In this document: positions 46,135-57,312 of the stretch, piece after piece | Layout: every line of letters starts with the position of its first letter | Position numbering within the stretch: the first letter of the stretch is position 1 | Origin: an uncultured Eubacteriales bacterium | Lineage (GTDB): Bacteria > Bacillota > Clostridia > Oscillospirales > CAG-272 | Reading direction: 5' to 3' | Assembly: GCA_934432725.1 (NCBI GenBank) | Contig: CAKRZE010000013.1 | Coordinates: 6,085-70,084, forward strand | DNA: 64,000 bases | Notes under the pieces: generated by a model | Told to the model about the DNA's origin: nothing | Database searches by the model: none | What the model saw: the letters and a program-made list of their open reading frames with translations, nothing else | Position numbers and translations under genes: made by a program

Positions 46135-46668
46135 TTACACCGTTTGATACACGGTTGACCGTGTTTTACGGCAAAATTCAAGAAACAGCTCATGGGAAAT
46201 GGGATTTGGGGAGCTCATGATACGGAGCGGAATTGCCTGTCCGTCTTTTGAATAGGGAGGCTGCTCATAGCTTTCATCGGACAGGTGAAATCCGCATGTC
46301 CGGTAAAAGGCAATGCGCCGTTCAGCGGTCCGGTTTTCGGGAGGCTCTACCTCCAGTATGATCGGAAGCCCTCCTGCAAGCGGCTTGAATTGAAGGAGCG
46401 TTTCTTTACCATAGCCGCAGCCGCGCAGCTCAGGCAAAATAGCAAGATGTTCGATAAACCAAAAGTCCGGAAACGTCCAGTACGTCAGAATTCCGGCTTT
46501 TTTTCCGTCTGCATAGATTGCTTGCGGATGAAAGCTTTCACTCTCGGCAAGGATGCAGAGCATGTCCTTTCTGCTGCGGCGTTCCTCCGGAGGAAAAGCT
46601 GTTTCCAGGAGGGAAAACAGGAAATCCGCTGTGCTGCTTTGAATGGGGCGGAAGGAAATATTCATCAA
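46135..46668 (-). CDS. GNAT family N-acetyltransferase
   Basis: ...IEHLAILPELRGCGYGKETL... is the acetyl-CoA binding motif Q/RxxGxG. Confidence 0.85.
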   Translation of the reverse strand: MMNISFRPIQSSTADFLFSLLETAFPPEERRSRKDMLCILAESESFHPQAIYADGKKAGILTYWTFPDFWFIEHLAILPELRGCGYGKETLLQFKPLAGGLPIILEVEPPENRTAERRIAFYRTCGFHLSDESYEQPPYSKDGQAIPLRIMSSPNPISHELFLEFCRKTRSTVYQTV

Positions 46669-47106
46669 TTACAAACCGGTGCTTTTGCGGCAGCAAAAGC
46701 ACATCCTTTCTTGGGAGGTTCGGCGCGGCGCTTTTTCAAAGGGCTGCTGTCGTTTCAAGAGAAGCCCTGCGCAAATCCCTTCTTCGCCTGCTGACTTTTT
46801 CGGGTTCCCGGAGAAAAATGTTTCGGCACATGGAAGCGGAGCGGATGCATGCGGTTTTCGGTGGAGGAACGGGAAACAGATACAGACAGGCGCGTGGCGG
46901 CAGGGTAAACCAAGTTTTTCGGAAAGTCCGGCAGGCAGGGAGCCGGCCTGTTCGAAAAACATCAATCCCCCGAACGTGAAGCTGTTTCAGGTTCGGGGGC
47001 AGTGAAGGGAAGCGGCGCGCTTTTTGACAGTCGGTGTTTTTGCCCGGAATGGAGCGGGGCAAACCTGAAAACAGTTTACGGGAGCGCAGGAGTTGTGCCG
47101 GAAGAA

Positions 47107-48000
47107 TTATTTTTTGATCAGCGTGAGCAGATAATGTCCCGTATTGTTTTGTGAAATACTGACCATTTTATAATCTTTGGTCGGTAAGAGAATGATTTCC
47201 GTTTGTTCCGGACAGGTTACAAGCAGGTAAGAGCCGAAGGAGTAGAATCCTCCGTCAGAGAACAGGTCTGTGTATTCCTCCAGCGTCAGCTTACTGCGGT
47301 GCATGATTTCCGCATGGGGCTGACCCACATAGCGGATGTGCCACGGTTCATAGGGAATGCCGGTCAGGCTGCTTTTTCCCTCGGGATACCGAATGATAAA
47401 TCCATATTTCCAGGCATTCTGGCTGACATAGGTTCCCGCCTCCGATTTGAGAAAGGCTCGTCCGGCAAAGCCTCTGACATAAACATCCAGTGCCAGCCCG
47501 GTCTGATGCTCGCTGGCACCAACCTGTGCGGCAGTGTCTCCTTCCTTTTGGAGAATTGCCGCCTGCTCCTCTGCCGTGCGGTAGGAGCTTGAAATATAGA
47601 GCTTTTGCCCGCAGTCCTTCAATACGGCATCGGACAGATTGCCGAATGCCTCGGTTGCACTGCGGTTCATCATGACTCCGCTTGAGCGGTATTCGGCAAG
47701 CTCTGCGGAAAATGAATCGGAAATCGGATGGTCCCGGTTGATCAGCATGCCGGATTGCGTGCCGTATTCCTCAAGAAGCTCCGAAACCGCGCAGAAGGAT
47801 AGCCTGGACGGATCAAAGGAGGCTTCTTTTTTCAGAATATTGGTTTCCGGTTTCCGCAGCTTTTCAGAAAGCCTGTATCGGAAATCCGGCCTTCCGGCGA
47901 CAATGATCAGTGTGGAGAAGGTCAGAAAGGAGAGCAGCAGAAGCAGGAGCGCTCCGAAGCTGACGGCTATTTTCTTGATTTTTTTCATGACATGTTTCAC
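47107..48000 (-). CDS. D-alanyl-D-alanine carboxypeptidase, VanY/M15B family, membrane anchored
   Basis: N-terminal TM helix, SEHQTGLALD (SxHxxGxAxD) and EPWHIRYVG. Confidence 0.85.
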   Translation of the reverse strand: MKHVMKKIKKIAVSFGALLLLLLSFLTFSTLIIVAGRPDFRYRLSEKLRKPETNILKKEASFDPSRLSFCAVSELLEEYGTQSGMLINRDHPISDSFSAELAEYRSSGVMMNRSATEAFGNLSDAVLKDCGQKLYISSSYRTAEEQAAILQKEGDTAAQVGASEHQTGLALDVYVRGFAGRAFLKSEAGTYVSQNAWKYGFIIRYPEGKSSLTGIPYEPWHIRYVGQPHAEIMHRSKLTLEEYTDLFSDGGFYSFGSYLLVTCPEQTEIILLPTKDYKMVSISQNNTGHYLLTLIKK

Positions 48001-48175
48001 ATTCCTTCCTGCATGGCAGGATCAGCGCAGCTATGGCAGCTTTCGCAGTGTCTGTTTCAAAAGACGAAAAAGCCTGGCAGAATGTTCCGCACCGTGGGCT
48101 GCCATTTCGGAAATGCTCCGGATTTCGGACCGGAAGACGGAAAAATGGACAGGCGGCGCGGATAGTTACAGCGGA

Positions 48176-50947
48176 TTATCTGTTGCGAATTGCGTCAATC
48201 GGGCGCTTGGCAGCGATTTTTCTGACCGGGAGGAAGCTTGCGATTGCCGCAACCGCTATGCTGACCGCAAGAAGCAGTGCAAGCTGGCGGATGCCAAAAT
48301 TCAGGATTGTGATGAGAAGTCCTGTTTCGGAGCGGATAACAGCGTTGATGCAAAGCGTAATGGCAAGCGTGCCGATCGATGAGAGAACGAAGTTGATCAT
48401 GGCAATGATGAAGCTTTCGGAGAAGAAGATCCGGAACACGTCATTGCTTCTGGAGCCGATGGCGCGGAGAATACCGATCTCCTGCTTTTTATAGGAGATG
48501 CTGGTTGCGATGAAGTTAGCCATCAGAATCGAGGCGAACACCGCAAAGAAGAGACCGATATACAGGAACACCTTTGCGACCGAGGTCAGTACGTTCTGCA
48601 CGGTATCAAGCTCATAGGTGACGGAGTTCTGAAGTGCATATCTGACATCGCCATCATTGTTGTAGGCGTATTTGACAAGCGCTCCGATCTCCGCCCGGTT
48701 CTTCGGCATAGCGCCCACAGCGTGTGTATAGATGCCGGAGGCATCCAGTCCGAAGGTGCTGAATGTATCGTTGTCTACAATGACCAGACTGTTGCAATCC
48801 GGATAATCCTCGGACGAAATGATTCCGGCAATGCGAATCTCATCATCCCCATAGGAAAGTCCGGCGGTGTATACGCTGAAGTTGAGGTTTTTCAGGGTAT
48901 CTGTAATTTTGCTGTCCAATGCATCTCCGTCCGGTGATGTTTCGGAAAAATCCATATCCCATATGAGCATGGTCACGAGGTCCGAGGAGATCAGGATCTC
49001 ATTTTTCTCAAGGGAGGTTTTTCCGGGATTCAGCCACTTGATCTCTTTGCCGGAAAGGTTCTGAAGGGTTCCGACATTCATAGGCTGAAAACCGCCGGTC
49101 TCGCAGGTATAGTACAGGTAAAAATCATTGTCGCTTGTGACAAAACCGGGGCGATTCCGGATCAGCCCGCTTACATGCCCCTCTCCGACGAACGCGATGG
49201 CATCCATGCCATAGCGAACGGCGTTCTGAAGCTCGGTGAACAGTGCATAGCGAATCAGGGAATCGGAGGTGGCTTCGTTTTCAACCGCAACGGTCAGAGG
49301 AAGGAAGCGATCTATGTCAAAGCCGGTATCGATCACGCCGGTGACGGTATAATCCGTGCCGGAAAGCCGGATCGTTTTGCCGATGAGGTCGTTATATGTT
49401 TTGATATTCGTATAGGCGGGGTTCAAATCGATGCTGTCATTGTCCGGAGCGGGGCACCAGGACGCTTTTTCAAACGTGGCATAAATATACTTGCTGACAG
49501 CGATTTCATTTGAGCTTCCATCGGGCAGTCTGCCGGCAAGGAGTGTGTAGCCGAACTGTTCAACATCGGAAGCGGTCAGCTCGGATAAGCCGGTAAACGA
49601 TGACATAAAAATGTTATAATTTGTTTCGGTCAGCTTAGCGTCCCGGTTGATCTGGCTGCCGAAGCCAAGCCCGTCTGAGGAGGACGGAATATAAACGCCC
49701 TTGACATGAATGCCGGTGTCCTTTTCAATGGCGGCAAGCTCCTGATCGGTCAGCCTTCCGCCGTTTCTCCAGAAGTAGCTCTCCTCTGAATCATTCATCC
49801 GGATCTTGACCTTTTTCTGCAGGGAGACATAGTTGATTTCAGAATCGATGAGCGATTGCGTGCAGGCGCGGATATGATTGTAGGAGCCGAAGGTATCGGT
49901 CAGACCGAACAGCGTAAAGGCAATGCAGGAAAGCAGGATGGTGAAAACCAGCTTGATCTTTTTATGCTTCAGACCGTCGGCGCCGATGCGGAAGGCTGAT
50001 TTCAGGGGCAGCTTGGATCGGATCAGGCGGAATGGCGTGCTGCTGCGGTCGCTGATTGCGGCAGTGTCGGTCGGAGCAAAGCGGCTCCTTACGTTTTGTC
50101 CCGCATTGACGGTAAGGGTGAGCGGCTGATTTGCTCCGAGACTGTCAATATACGAATTGATTCTGACGCGGTCCTCCTCGGTCAGATGATAGGCGGCGGG
50201 AATCTCTACTGTGTTTTCCCGGAAGGTCAGGGAATCGCGCTCTGTCTGCTCTTCGGCGGGGATGCTTTCTGCCGCTGCGGCGGTCACATCGCGGATGACT
50301 CTTCCGTCAGAGAGCTCAATGATGCGGTCGGCATACTTTTCCGCAAACTCACGGTCATGTGAGACTACGATGACCAGCTTGTTTTCGGAGAGCTTTTTCA
50401 GTGTGTTCAGCACCTGCTTTCCGGTTGCGGAGTCCAGAGCGCCCGTCGGCTCGTCTGCCATGATGATTTCCGGGTTTTTGACCAGCGCACGTGCAATGGC
50501 AACCCGCTGCTTCTGACCGCCGGACAGCTCATTCGGTTTTCTGTTTCCGTAGCCTGCCAGATCAACCTCGGAAAGGATTCTGTTGATCTGCTCATCGGTT
50601 GCCTTTTTTCCCTGAAGCTCAATGGCAAGCGCGACGTTGGCACCGACACTGAATTCCTCCAGAATGTTATATTCCTGAAAAATAAATCCGACATACGTAT
50701 TGCGGTAGGAATCAAAATGCTGCTGTCTGAATTTCGCGGAGGAAACGCCTTTGATAATAATTTCTCCGCTGTCATAACGGTCAAGACCGCCGAGCACGTT
50801 CAGAAGTGTGGATTTTCCGCTTCCGGACTTTCCGAGCAGGAAAACCATGCCGTGATCCGGAAAGCGAAGGCTGACCTGATCCAGCGCTTTGACCGGAACG
50901 CCCTTTTTGGGCTTATAGGTTTTGCATAATTTTTTTGTTTCCAGCAT
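48176..50947 (-). CDS. fused ABC transporter ATP-binding/FtsX-type permease protein (MacB-like)
   Basis: Walker A GKSGSGKST, signature LSGGQKQRVAIAR and Walker B IIMADEP, then a large extracytoplasmic region and a C-terminal FtsX-type 4-TM domain. Confidence 0.9.
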   Translation of the reverse strand: MLETKKLCKTYKPKKGVPVKALDQVSLRFPDHGMVFLLGKSGSGKSTLLNVLGGLDRYDSGEIIIKGVSSAKFRQQHFDSYRNTYVGFIFQEYNILEEFSVGANVALAIELQGKKATDEQINRILSEVDLAGYGNRKPNELSGGQKQRVAIARALVKNPEIIMADEPTGALDSATGKQVLNTLKKLSENKLVIVVSHDREFAEKYADRIIELSDGRVIRDVTAAAAESIPAEEQTERDSLTFRENTVEIPAAYHLTEEDRVRINSYIDSLGANQPLTLTVNAGQNVRSRFAPTDTAAISDRSSTPFRLIRSKLPLKSAFRIGADGLKHKKIKLVFTILLSCIAFTLFGLTDTFGSYNHIRACTQSLIDSEINYVSLQKKVKIRMNDSEESYFWRNGGRLTDQELAAIEKDTGIHVKGVYIPSSSDGLGFGSQINRDAKLTETNYNIFMSSFTGLSELTASDVEQFGYTLLAGRLPDGSSNEIAVSKYIYATFEKASWCPAPDNDSIDLNPAYTNIKTYNDLIGKTIRLSGTDYTVTGVIDTGFDIDRFLPLTVAVENEATSDSLIRYALFTELQNAVRYGMDAIAFVGEGHVSGLIRNRPGFVTSDNDFYLYYTCETGGFQPMNVGTLQNLSGKEIKWLNPGKTSLEKNEILISSDLVTMLIWDMDFSETSPDGDALDSKITDTLKNLNFSVYTAGLSYGDDEIRIAGIISSEDYPDCNSLVIVDNDTFSTFGLDASGIYTHAVGAMPKNRAEIGALVKYAYNNDGDVRYALQNSVTYELDTVQNVLTSVAKVFLYIGLFFAVFASILMANFIATSISYKKQEIGILRAIGSRSNDVFRIFFSESFIIAMINFVLSSIGTLAITLCINAVIRSETGLLITILNFGIRQLALLLAVSIAVAAIASFLPVRKIAAKRPIDAIRNR

Positions 50948-51239
50948 GACATTGCCTCCAATGTGTACTATTCATATTAGTACAGTTATTATATCATGGG
51001 ATATCAGGTTTGTCAAGCATATTTTAGAAGGAAGAGAGAAAAGAATACATTTGTTTTGCCGTGCGGGGCTGAGGAGACCGCGCGGGAACGGGAAGGGAGG
51101 GTTGGCAGGCGGGGCGGACAGGGGGCGTTCATTCTGCATAAACCGGTGCGAAGCCGTAAGGTCCGGCTTTCGGCTGCCGTTTATATGCTGCTTCGGAAGC
51201 GGCGCTTGCCCTCTTGCGTTAAAACGGGCACAGAAAACG

Positions 51240-51269
51240 AAATCCGCACGATCATGACCGTGCGGATTT
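51240..51269 (-). terminator. terminator downstream of pnp
   Basis: AAATCCGCACG..CGTGCGGATTT stem. On the minus strand it is followed by CGTTTTC. Confidence 0.5.
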
Positions 51270-51307
51270 CGGATGAGTGACGTTCGGGATTCTTACCGGT
51301 CGGTCAT

Positions 51308-53473
51308 TCAGATATTTTTGTTGCGGTTGAAGGGTCTGCGCGGACGCACGATGGTTTCGCCCTCCGGAGCCATGCCCTCGGGGCGGGGCAGTGCATCTTT
51401 TCTGGAGAGATTCATTCTGCCTTTTTCATCGATTCCGAGGTATTTGACCATCATGGTGTCGCCGACCTGACAGATGTCTTCCACCTTTTCCACGCGCTTG
51501 AAGTCCAGCTTGGAAATATGGACCATGCCTTCCTTGCCGGGAGCAAATTCCACAAAAGCGCCGATCGGAATGATTCTTGTGACCTTTCCGGTGTAGATCG
51601 CGCCGACCTCCGGCTCAAATACGATATTGTTGATCATCTGCTGAGCCAGAAGACCGCTTTCCGGATTGACGGCGGCAATAAAGATGGAGCCGTCCTCTTC
51701 GATATCGATCTTTGCACCGGTTTCGGCGGTAATCTTCTGAATGACCTTTCCGCCTGCACCGATGACCTCACGGATCTTGTCCGGATTGATCTTCATGGAG
51801 ATCATCTTGGGTGCGTACTTGGAAACCTCTGCGCGCGGTGCAGGAATTGCCTTCAGAAGCACTTCGTCAATGATATAATCACGACCCTTATGGGTTGTTT
51901 CAAGAGCCGCCTTGATGATTTCAGGCGTCAGACCGTCAATTTTCAGGTCCATCTGGATGGAGGTGATGCCCTTGTGCGTTCCGGCAACCTTAAAGTCCAT
52001 GTCGCCGTAGAAATCCTCCAGACCCTGAATGTCGATCATTGTGGTCCAGCTTCCGTCCTCTTCGGTGATCAGACCGCAGGAAATTCCCGCAACGGGAGCC
52101 TTGATCGGAACGCCGGCAGCCATCAGGGCAAGCGTGGAGCCGCAGACAGAGCCCTGGGACGTGGAGCCGTTGGAGGAAACAACCTCGGAAACGCAGCGGA
52201 TGGCATACGGGAATTCCTCCACAGAAGGAAGCACCGGGACAAGAGAGCGCTCTGCCAGTGCACCGTGACCGATCTCGCGTCTGCCGGGAGAGCGCGTTGC
52301 CTTTGCCTCGCCGGTAGAGTAGCCGGGCATGTTGTAGTGATGCATATAGCGCTTGGTGTCCTCTTCATCGATACCGTCCAGCATCTGTGCATCGCCGATC
52401 GGACCGAGTGTGCAGATGGTCAGGACCTGTGTCTGACCGCGGGTGAAGAGACCGGAGCCGTGCGTGCGGGGGAGAAGGTCAACCTCCGCTGCCAGCGGAC
52501 GGATCTGATCCATGCGTCTGCCGTCCACGCGCTTTTTGTCGTTGATCAGCCAGCGGCGGACAATCTTCTTCTGGATTTTATAGACAAGCTCCTCCATCTG
52601 CTGATTAATATCCGGATATTCTTCCGAGAATTTTTCGACAATGGCATCGCGGATCGGCTGCATGCGGGCATCGCGTACATTCTTGTCATCCGTATCCAAA
52701 GCGAACATGACGTCCTTTTCGCAGAATGCGAAAACCTTGTCAAACATATCGTGATCCAGCTCGCCGGAGGGGTATGTGAACTTCGGCTTGCCGATTTCGG
52801 CAACGATTTCGTTGATAAAGACAAGAAGCTTTTTGATTTCCTCATGTGCCAGCATGATAGCGCCGAACATGTCGTCATCGGAAACCTCTTTTGCACCGGC
52901 TTCAATCATAACGACCTTTTCGGCAGTTGCCGCAACGGTCAGCTCCAGAACGCTCTTTTCACGCTCTGCGGAGGTCGGATTGATGACGTACTTGCCGTCC
53001 ACCATACCGATAAATGCGCCGCCGATCGGACCGTTCCACGGAATATCTGAGGATGCGAGCGCAATAGACGCGCCGATCATCGCCGTGATTTCGGGAGAGC
53101 AGTCGTTGTCAACGGAAAGCACCAGAAGGTTCAGCACAACGTCATTGCGCAGATCCTTCGGGAAAAGCGGGCGGATCGGGCGGTCAATGACCCGGGAGGT
53201 CAAAACTGCCTTTTCGGAGGGCTTTCCTTCTCTCTTGAAATAGCCGCCGGGGATCTTGCCGACTGCGTACTGACGCTCTTCAAAGTCCACGGAAAGCGGC
53301 AGGAAATCGATCCCGTCTCTGGGCTTTTTCGATGCGGTTGCCGTAGCAAGAATGACGGTATCGCCATAGCGGATCAGGCAGGAACCGTTTGCCAGTCCGG
53401 CGACCTTTCCTGTCTCAACGACCAGCGGTCTGCCGGCAAATTCATATTTGAATACCTTATAATTTTCGAACAT
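51308..53473 (-). CDS. pnp: polyribonucleotide nucleotidyltransferase (PNPase)
   Basis: Two RNase PH domains, KH and S1 (GKVTRIIPIGAFVEF). The ATG at 53473 (MFENYKVFKYEF) follows GAGGAGGAG. Confidence 0.95.
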   Translation of the reverse strand: MFENYKVFKYEFAGRPLVVETGKVAGLANGSCLIRYGDTVILATATASKKPRDGIDFLPLSVDFEERQYAVGKIPGGYFKREGKPSEKAVLTSRVIDRPIRPLFPKDLRNDVVLNLLVLSVDNDCSPEITAMIGASIALASSDIPWNGPIGGAFIGMVDGKYVINPTSAEREKSVLELTVAATAEKVVMIEAGAKEVSDDDMFGAIMLAHEEIKKLLVFINEIVAEIGKPKFTYPSGELDHDMFDKVFAFCEKDVMFALDTDDKNVRDARMQPIRDAIVEKFSEEYPDINQQMEELVYKIQKKIVRRWLINDKKRVDGRRMDQIRPLAAEVDLLPRTHGSGLFTRGQTQVLTICTLGPIGDAQMLDGIDEEDTKRYMHHYNMPGYSTGEAKATRSPGRREIGHGALAERSLVPVLPSVEEFPYAIRCVSEVVSSNGSTSQGSVCGSTLALMAAGVPIKAPVAGISCGLITEEDGSWTTMIDIQGLEDFYGDMDFKVAGTHKGITSIQMDLKIDGLTPEIIKAALETTHKGRDYIIDEVLLKAIPAPRAEVSKYAPKMISMKINPDKIREVIGAGGKVIQKITAETGAKIDIEEDGSIFIAAVNPESGLLAQQMINNIVFEPEVGAIYTGKVTRIIPIGAFVEFAPGKEGMVHISKLDFKRVEKVEDICQVGDTMMVKYLGIDEKGRMNLSRKDALPRPEGMAPEGETIVRPRRPFNRNKNI

Positions 53474-53594
53474 TCTCTCTTTTTCTCCTCCTCTTCTTCT
53501 CAACACAAACACAAAGTCACAAAAAGCCGAAAAGTATACCTAAACACAGGAATGAGGAACCGCCAAACAAGTACGATTCCTCATTAACAGGGAA

Positions 53595-53858
53595 TTATTT
53601 TCTCAGATTCAGCTTCTCAATGATGGCGCGGTAACGGGCAATATCCTTTTTCTGCAGATAAGCCAGAAGGTTTCTTCTGTGGCCGACCATTTTCAGAAGG
53701 CCTCTGCCGCTGTGGTGGTCATGGGGATTCTGCTTGATGTGTGCGGTCAGGTTGTTGATTCTCGCGGTGAGAATGGCAATCTGAACCTCGGGGGAACCCG
53801 TATCGCCTTCATGAGTGGAATTTGCGGCAATGATTTCCTGCTTTTCTTCCTTTAACAT
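53595..53858 (-). CDS. rpsO: 30S ribosomal protein S15
   Basis: ...[51 protein letters not shown]... ATG at 53858 follows GAGGTGA. Confidence 0.95.
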   Translation of the reverse strand: MLKEEKQEIIAANSTHEGDTGSPEVQIAILTARINNLTAHIKQNPHDHHSGRGLLKMVGHRRNLLAYLQKKDIARYRAIIEKLNLRK

Positions 53859-54162
53859 ATGTTTCACCTCATAATTGAATTATTTGCCGGACATCTCAGT
53901 CTGGGGCGGGTGAAAACAGCGGTTGCTCTTTCTCCCCAAACCGGGCTGACGGCATAACGATGATATTATAGCACGCGGATCTGTAAATGTAAATATATTT
54001 TCATATATTTACGGAAAATTCATATTTGCCCTGTTTTTCCATCTGTGCAGAGGCTTCGTTTTTGCTTTCGGAAGCCGGAGCGCACTTTACGGGAGCCGGA
54101 CGGTCGGACCCGGAAGGACCGGGATGCGCAGACTGCCGCGGGCGCCCTGACTTTTTGGATGC

Positions 54163-55659
54163 TCAGTTCAAGCCGGGGAAGTTGATCGGATTCCAGTATT
54201 TCAGGTTGGCTTCCGCCATTCTGTAATAGTCCGCGTATGCTCCCCCCGTGCCGAGCGCCGCTTCGTATGCTTCAACGGATGCGCGCCTGACGGAGTCATA
54301 GGCATCGCAGAACATATATCCGAAGTCATAGAACAGACCGCTTGTGAAGGCAAGCTCAAGCATGCCGATGCTGTCGCTGTCCCGCACACAGTCGCGCAGT
54401 GCGTGCTTCAGATACGCATCCGCGATATGACCGTAGGAGGCTGCCTGATAAGCCTGTAAAATCAGACCTGTATTCTCCGCGCTTGACATGGTGGGAATGG
54501 CTGCAAAGACTGTCTGATTTGAAGAAACAGCGGGATATGAGGTCTGTTTTTCGCTGTTTTTCGGGATCGGGAGAATGCCCCAGTTTAAGCTTTCGTCAGC
54601 AAGCGTTTCAATTTTGTCTGCCTGTGCAATGCAGAAAACGGTTGTGTTATCCTTCAGCGGGGCAATTGGGTCCTCAGCTGACGAGGAGCCTGCAAAAACC
54701 GCACGCGCCGTTTCGATCAGGGCTTCCAGACCGGTAAGATCATCGGAGGCTGTCGGGTAGGAGCGGAAGGAGGTCTTCAGCAGGTGCTCGCCGGACGAGG
54801 CGAGCAGCAGAAGATTCCGGTCGGCATTTGCGTCAAGCACCAGACGGAGCGCTTGAGATGCGTTTTCATCGGGACTGTCTGCGGTATCCTTTGCGACCGT
54901 GAAAAACGTCTCCCACGTCCATGTGCCTGCATAGGCTTTTTTGTAAAGCGCAGCCGCATCGATTCCGTCCGCATCCTTGTTGAAAAACATGCAGTAGACC
55001 GATTCCGGGGATAGATTGCCTGCTCCGGCAGCGCCGTATGTGCAGTTGCCGGCAGACGCCTGATCGACAGCATCCTGATAGAAATAGGGGGCACTGAGGT
55101 CGATAAAGGGCAGGCTGTTCAGGTTGAAGAGCTTGGAGGTGTTGGCGTATTTGCCCAATGCGGTCTGCGGCAGCTCCATCAGATCCGCATAATAATCCCC
55201 GGAATAAACCGATTTCAGGAAATTCTGAAAGATCGTTTCTTCATCCGATGTCACAGCGAGGATGGAGATGCCGTATTTTTCCCGGATCAGCTTGTTGCGG
55301 CGCAAAAGCGCGACATCGACAAAGGAAGCCTCCTCTTCGTTTTCCACGCTCGGATTGAGGTGGTCAGCGTCCGTGCAGGCGATGATGAACGGAATATCGC
55401 CGAGCGAACGGTCGGGAAGCGCCTGTACGTATGCCTGCGCCTTTTCAAAGCTGCGTGAATCCGGGACCGGATTGACTCCGTCCGGATATTTCGGAACGGT
55501 TTCCGGCGTCTCTGTGGTTTCCGGCGTTTCGGTTCCGGCAGGAGAGGCGGTCGTTTCATCGCCGTGTCTGATGATGATCAGTCCGCATGATGACAGCAGG
55601 AGCAGGACGGATGTCAAAAGTGCTGTACACGCAAGGGTTCTTCTTTTCTGTTTTTTCAT
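54163..55659 (-). CDS. lipoprotein, solute-binding-protein-like
   Basis: Lipobox LLLSSCG, a Thr/Pro/Glu linker and a body of about 430 aa loosely resembling family-1 sugar-binding proteins. No adjacent permease genes. Confidence 0.5.
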   Translation of the reverse strand: MKKQKRRTLACTALLTSVLLLLSSCGLIIIRHGDETTASPAGTETPETTETPETVPKYPDGVNPVPDSRSFEKAQAYVQALPDRSLGDIPFIIACTDADHLNPSVENEEEASFVDVALLRRNKLIREKYGISILAVTSDEETIFQNFLKSVYSGDYYADLMELPQTALGKYANTSKLFNLNSLPFIDLSAPYFYQDAVDQASAGNCTYGAAGAGNLSPESVYCMFFNKDADGIDAAALYKKAYAGTWTWETFFTVAKDTADSPDENASQALRLVLDANADRNLLLLASSGEHLLKTSFRSYPTASDDLTGLEALIETARAVFAGSSSAEDPIAPLKDNTTVFCIAQADKIETLADESLNWGILPIPKNSEKQTSYPAVSSNQTVFAAIPTMSSAENTGLILQAYQAASYGHIADAYLKHALRDCVRDSDSIGMLELAFTSGLFYDFGYMFCDAYDSVRRASVEAYEAALGTGGAYADYYRMAEANLKYWNPINFPGLN

Positions 55660-55662
55660 ATT

Positions 55663-57060
55663 TCACGATAATTTATAGGTTGTGCCCTGAGGCGTATCAA
55701 TCAGCGTGATGCCGCGCGCGGCAAGGTCATTCCGGATTCTGTCTGCTTCCGCATAGTTCTTTTCTTTTTTGGCGGCTGCACGCAGTGCGATCTGGGCGCG
55801 GATTTCCGCATCCAGGGCATCGCTTGCCTTCGGCTCCTCCGGGATTGCTTCGGGACGGTCCAGATCAAGGGCAAGGATACTGTCGCAGCGCAGGAGCAGC
55901 TTGTAAACATCGTCGGAGAGCGGCTTGCTCCGTGCGATCTCCCATGCAATGCCGAGTGCCTTCGGTACATTCAGATCGTCATTGACCGCATCCCGGAATG
56001 CCGTCTCATATTTTTCGATCCATCCGGAATCGACCGCACCGCCGGCGCCCTTGTGCTTTGCAACGGCTGCCCGCAGGTTGTTCAGCGATTTTTTTGCGCT
56101 GTCCATTGCTTCAAATGTGAAGTTCAGCTTTTGACGGTAGTGCGAGTTGAGGCAGAGATAGCGGAAATCGAGCGGGTCATAGCCCTTTTCCTTCAGATCG
56201 GCAACCGTATAGCAGTTTCCGAGGCTCTTGGACATTTTTCCGCCGTCCACATTCATGAATTCGCCGTGCATCCAAAAACGGACGGCGGCATGACCGAGAT
56301 AGCCATAGGACTGTGCGATCTCGTTTTCGTGATGGACCGGAATATGATCGACGCCGCCCGTGTGGATGTCGATGTATTCGCCCAGATATTTCAGTCCCAT
56401 TGCCGAGCATTCAATGTGCCAGCCCGGATATCCCATTCCCCACGGGGATTCCCACTGCATGATGTGTTCCTTCGGCGCTTTTTTCCAGAGCGCAAAATCT
56501 GCCGGATGACGCTTTTCGCTGTTGACCTCAACGCGGGCGCCGGCCTGCTGTTCCTCCAGATTCAGGCGGGAGAGTTTTCCGTAGTCCTTAAATTTTCCGA
56601 TATCATAGTAAATGCCGTCCGAGGTTTCATAGGCATACCCCTTCTCCAGCAGACCTTCGACAAAGTGAATCATTTCCGGAATGTTGTCGGTGGCGTGCGG
56701 AATGATTTCCGGCCGGGAGATGTGGAGGCTGTCAATGTCGGAAAGAAAGACCTTTGTATAAAATGCGGCGATCTCATACGGGGATTTTTTCTGCGCCTTG
56801 GACGCCTTTTCCATCTTATCCTCTCCCGTATCGCCGTCAGAGGTGAGATGCCCCACATCGGTGATGTTCATGACATGGCGAAGCTGAAAGCCGTTCATCA
56901 AAAGGGCGCGGCGGAGTTCATCCATGAAAATATAGGTTCTCATGTTTCCGATGTGAGCGTAGCTGTATACAGTCGGACCGCAGGAATAGATTTTTACCAG
57001 ATTTCCTTCGCGGGGGGTGAATTCTTCTTTGGTTCTGGTGAGTGTGTTATAAAATTTCAT
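55663..57060 (-). CDS. cysS: cysteine--tRNA ligase
   Basis: MKFYNTLTRTKEEFTP...CGPTVYSYAHIGN (HIGH) and KMSKSLGN (KMSKS). The 33-aa N-terminal extension of the track ORF is rejected. Confidence 0.95.
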   Translation of the reverse strand: MKFYNTLTRTKEEFTPREGNLVKIYSCGPTVYSYAHIGNMRTYIFMDELRRALLMNGFQLRHVMNITDVGHLTSDGDTGEDKMEKASKAQKKSPYEIAAFYTKVFLSDIDSLHISRPEIIPHATDNIPEMIHFVEGLLEKGYAYETSDGIYYDIGKFKDYGKLSRLNLEEQQAGARVEVNSEKRHPADFALWKKAPKEHIMQWESPWGMGYPGWHIECSAMGLKYLGEYIDIHTGGVDHIPVHHENEIAQSYGYLGHAAVRFWMHGEFMNVDGGKMSKSLGNCYTVADLKEKGYDPLDFRYLCLNSHYRQKLNFTFEAMDSAKKSLNNLRAAVAKHKGAGGAVDSGWIEKYETAFRDAVNDDLNVPKALGIAWEIARSKPLSDDVYKLLLRCDSILALDLDRPEAIPEEPKASDALDAEIRAQIALRAAAKKEKNYAEADRIRNDLAARGITLIDTPQGTTYKLS

Positions 57061-57312
57061 AGAGAAATCCTTCCTCTGTTCTGCCGTTTTGCATGTGTTT
57101 CCGGACGGGGACGGCATTGATTCCGTATCCGGAGACGGGAAAGAAAAGACCTTCCCCACATTCCCGCGCCTTGCTGTCTGCCGGGACCTGCTCCGCGATG
57201 ACCGATGTCTGTATGCTGCATTTTACGGCAGACAATGCCGGGCGTTTGATAACGGAGTCCTCGGACGGCATAAAAGCGCCTGTCAAAAAGGGCAGAATTA
57301 TTCTTTCCTTTT

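Noticed and set aside
51518-53050. 510-aa ORF on the + strand
   Set aside because: It is an antisense shadow of pnp.
56053-57120. 355-aa ORF on the + strand
   Set aside because: It is an antisense shadow of cysS.
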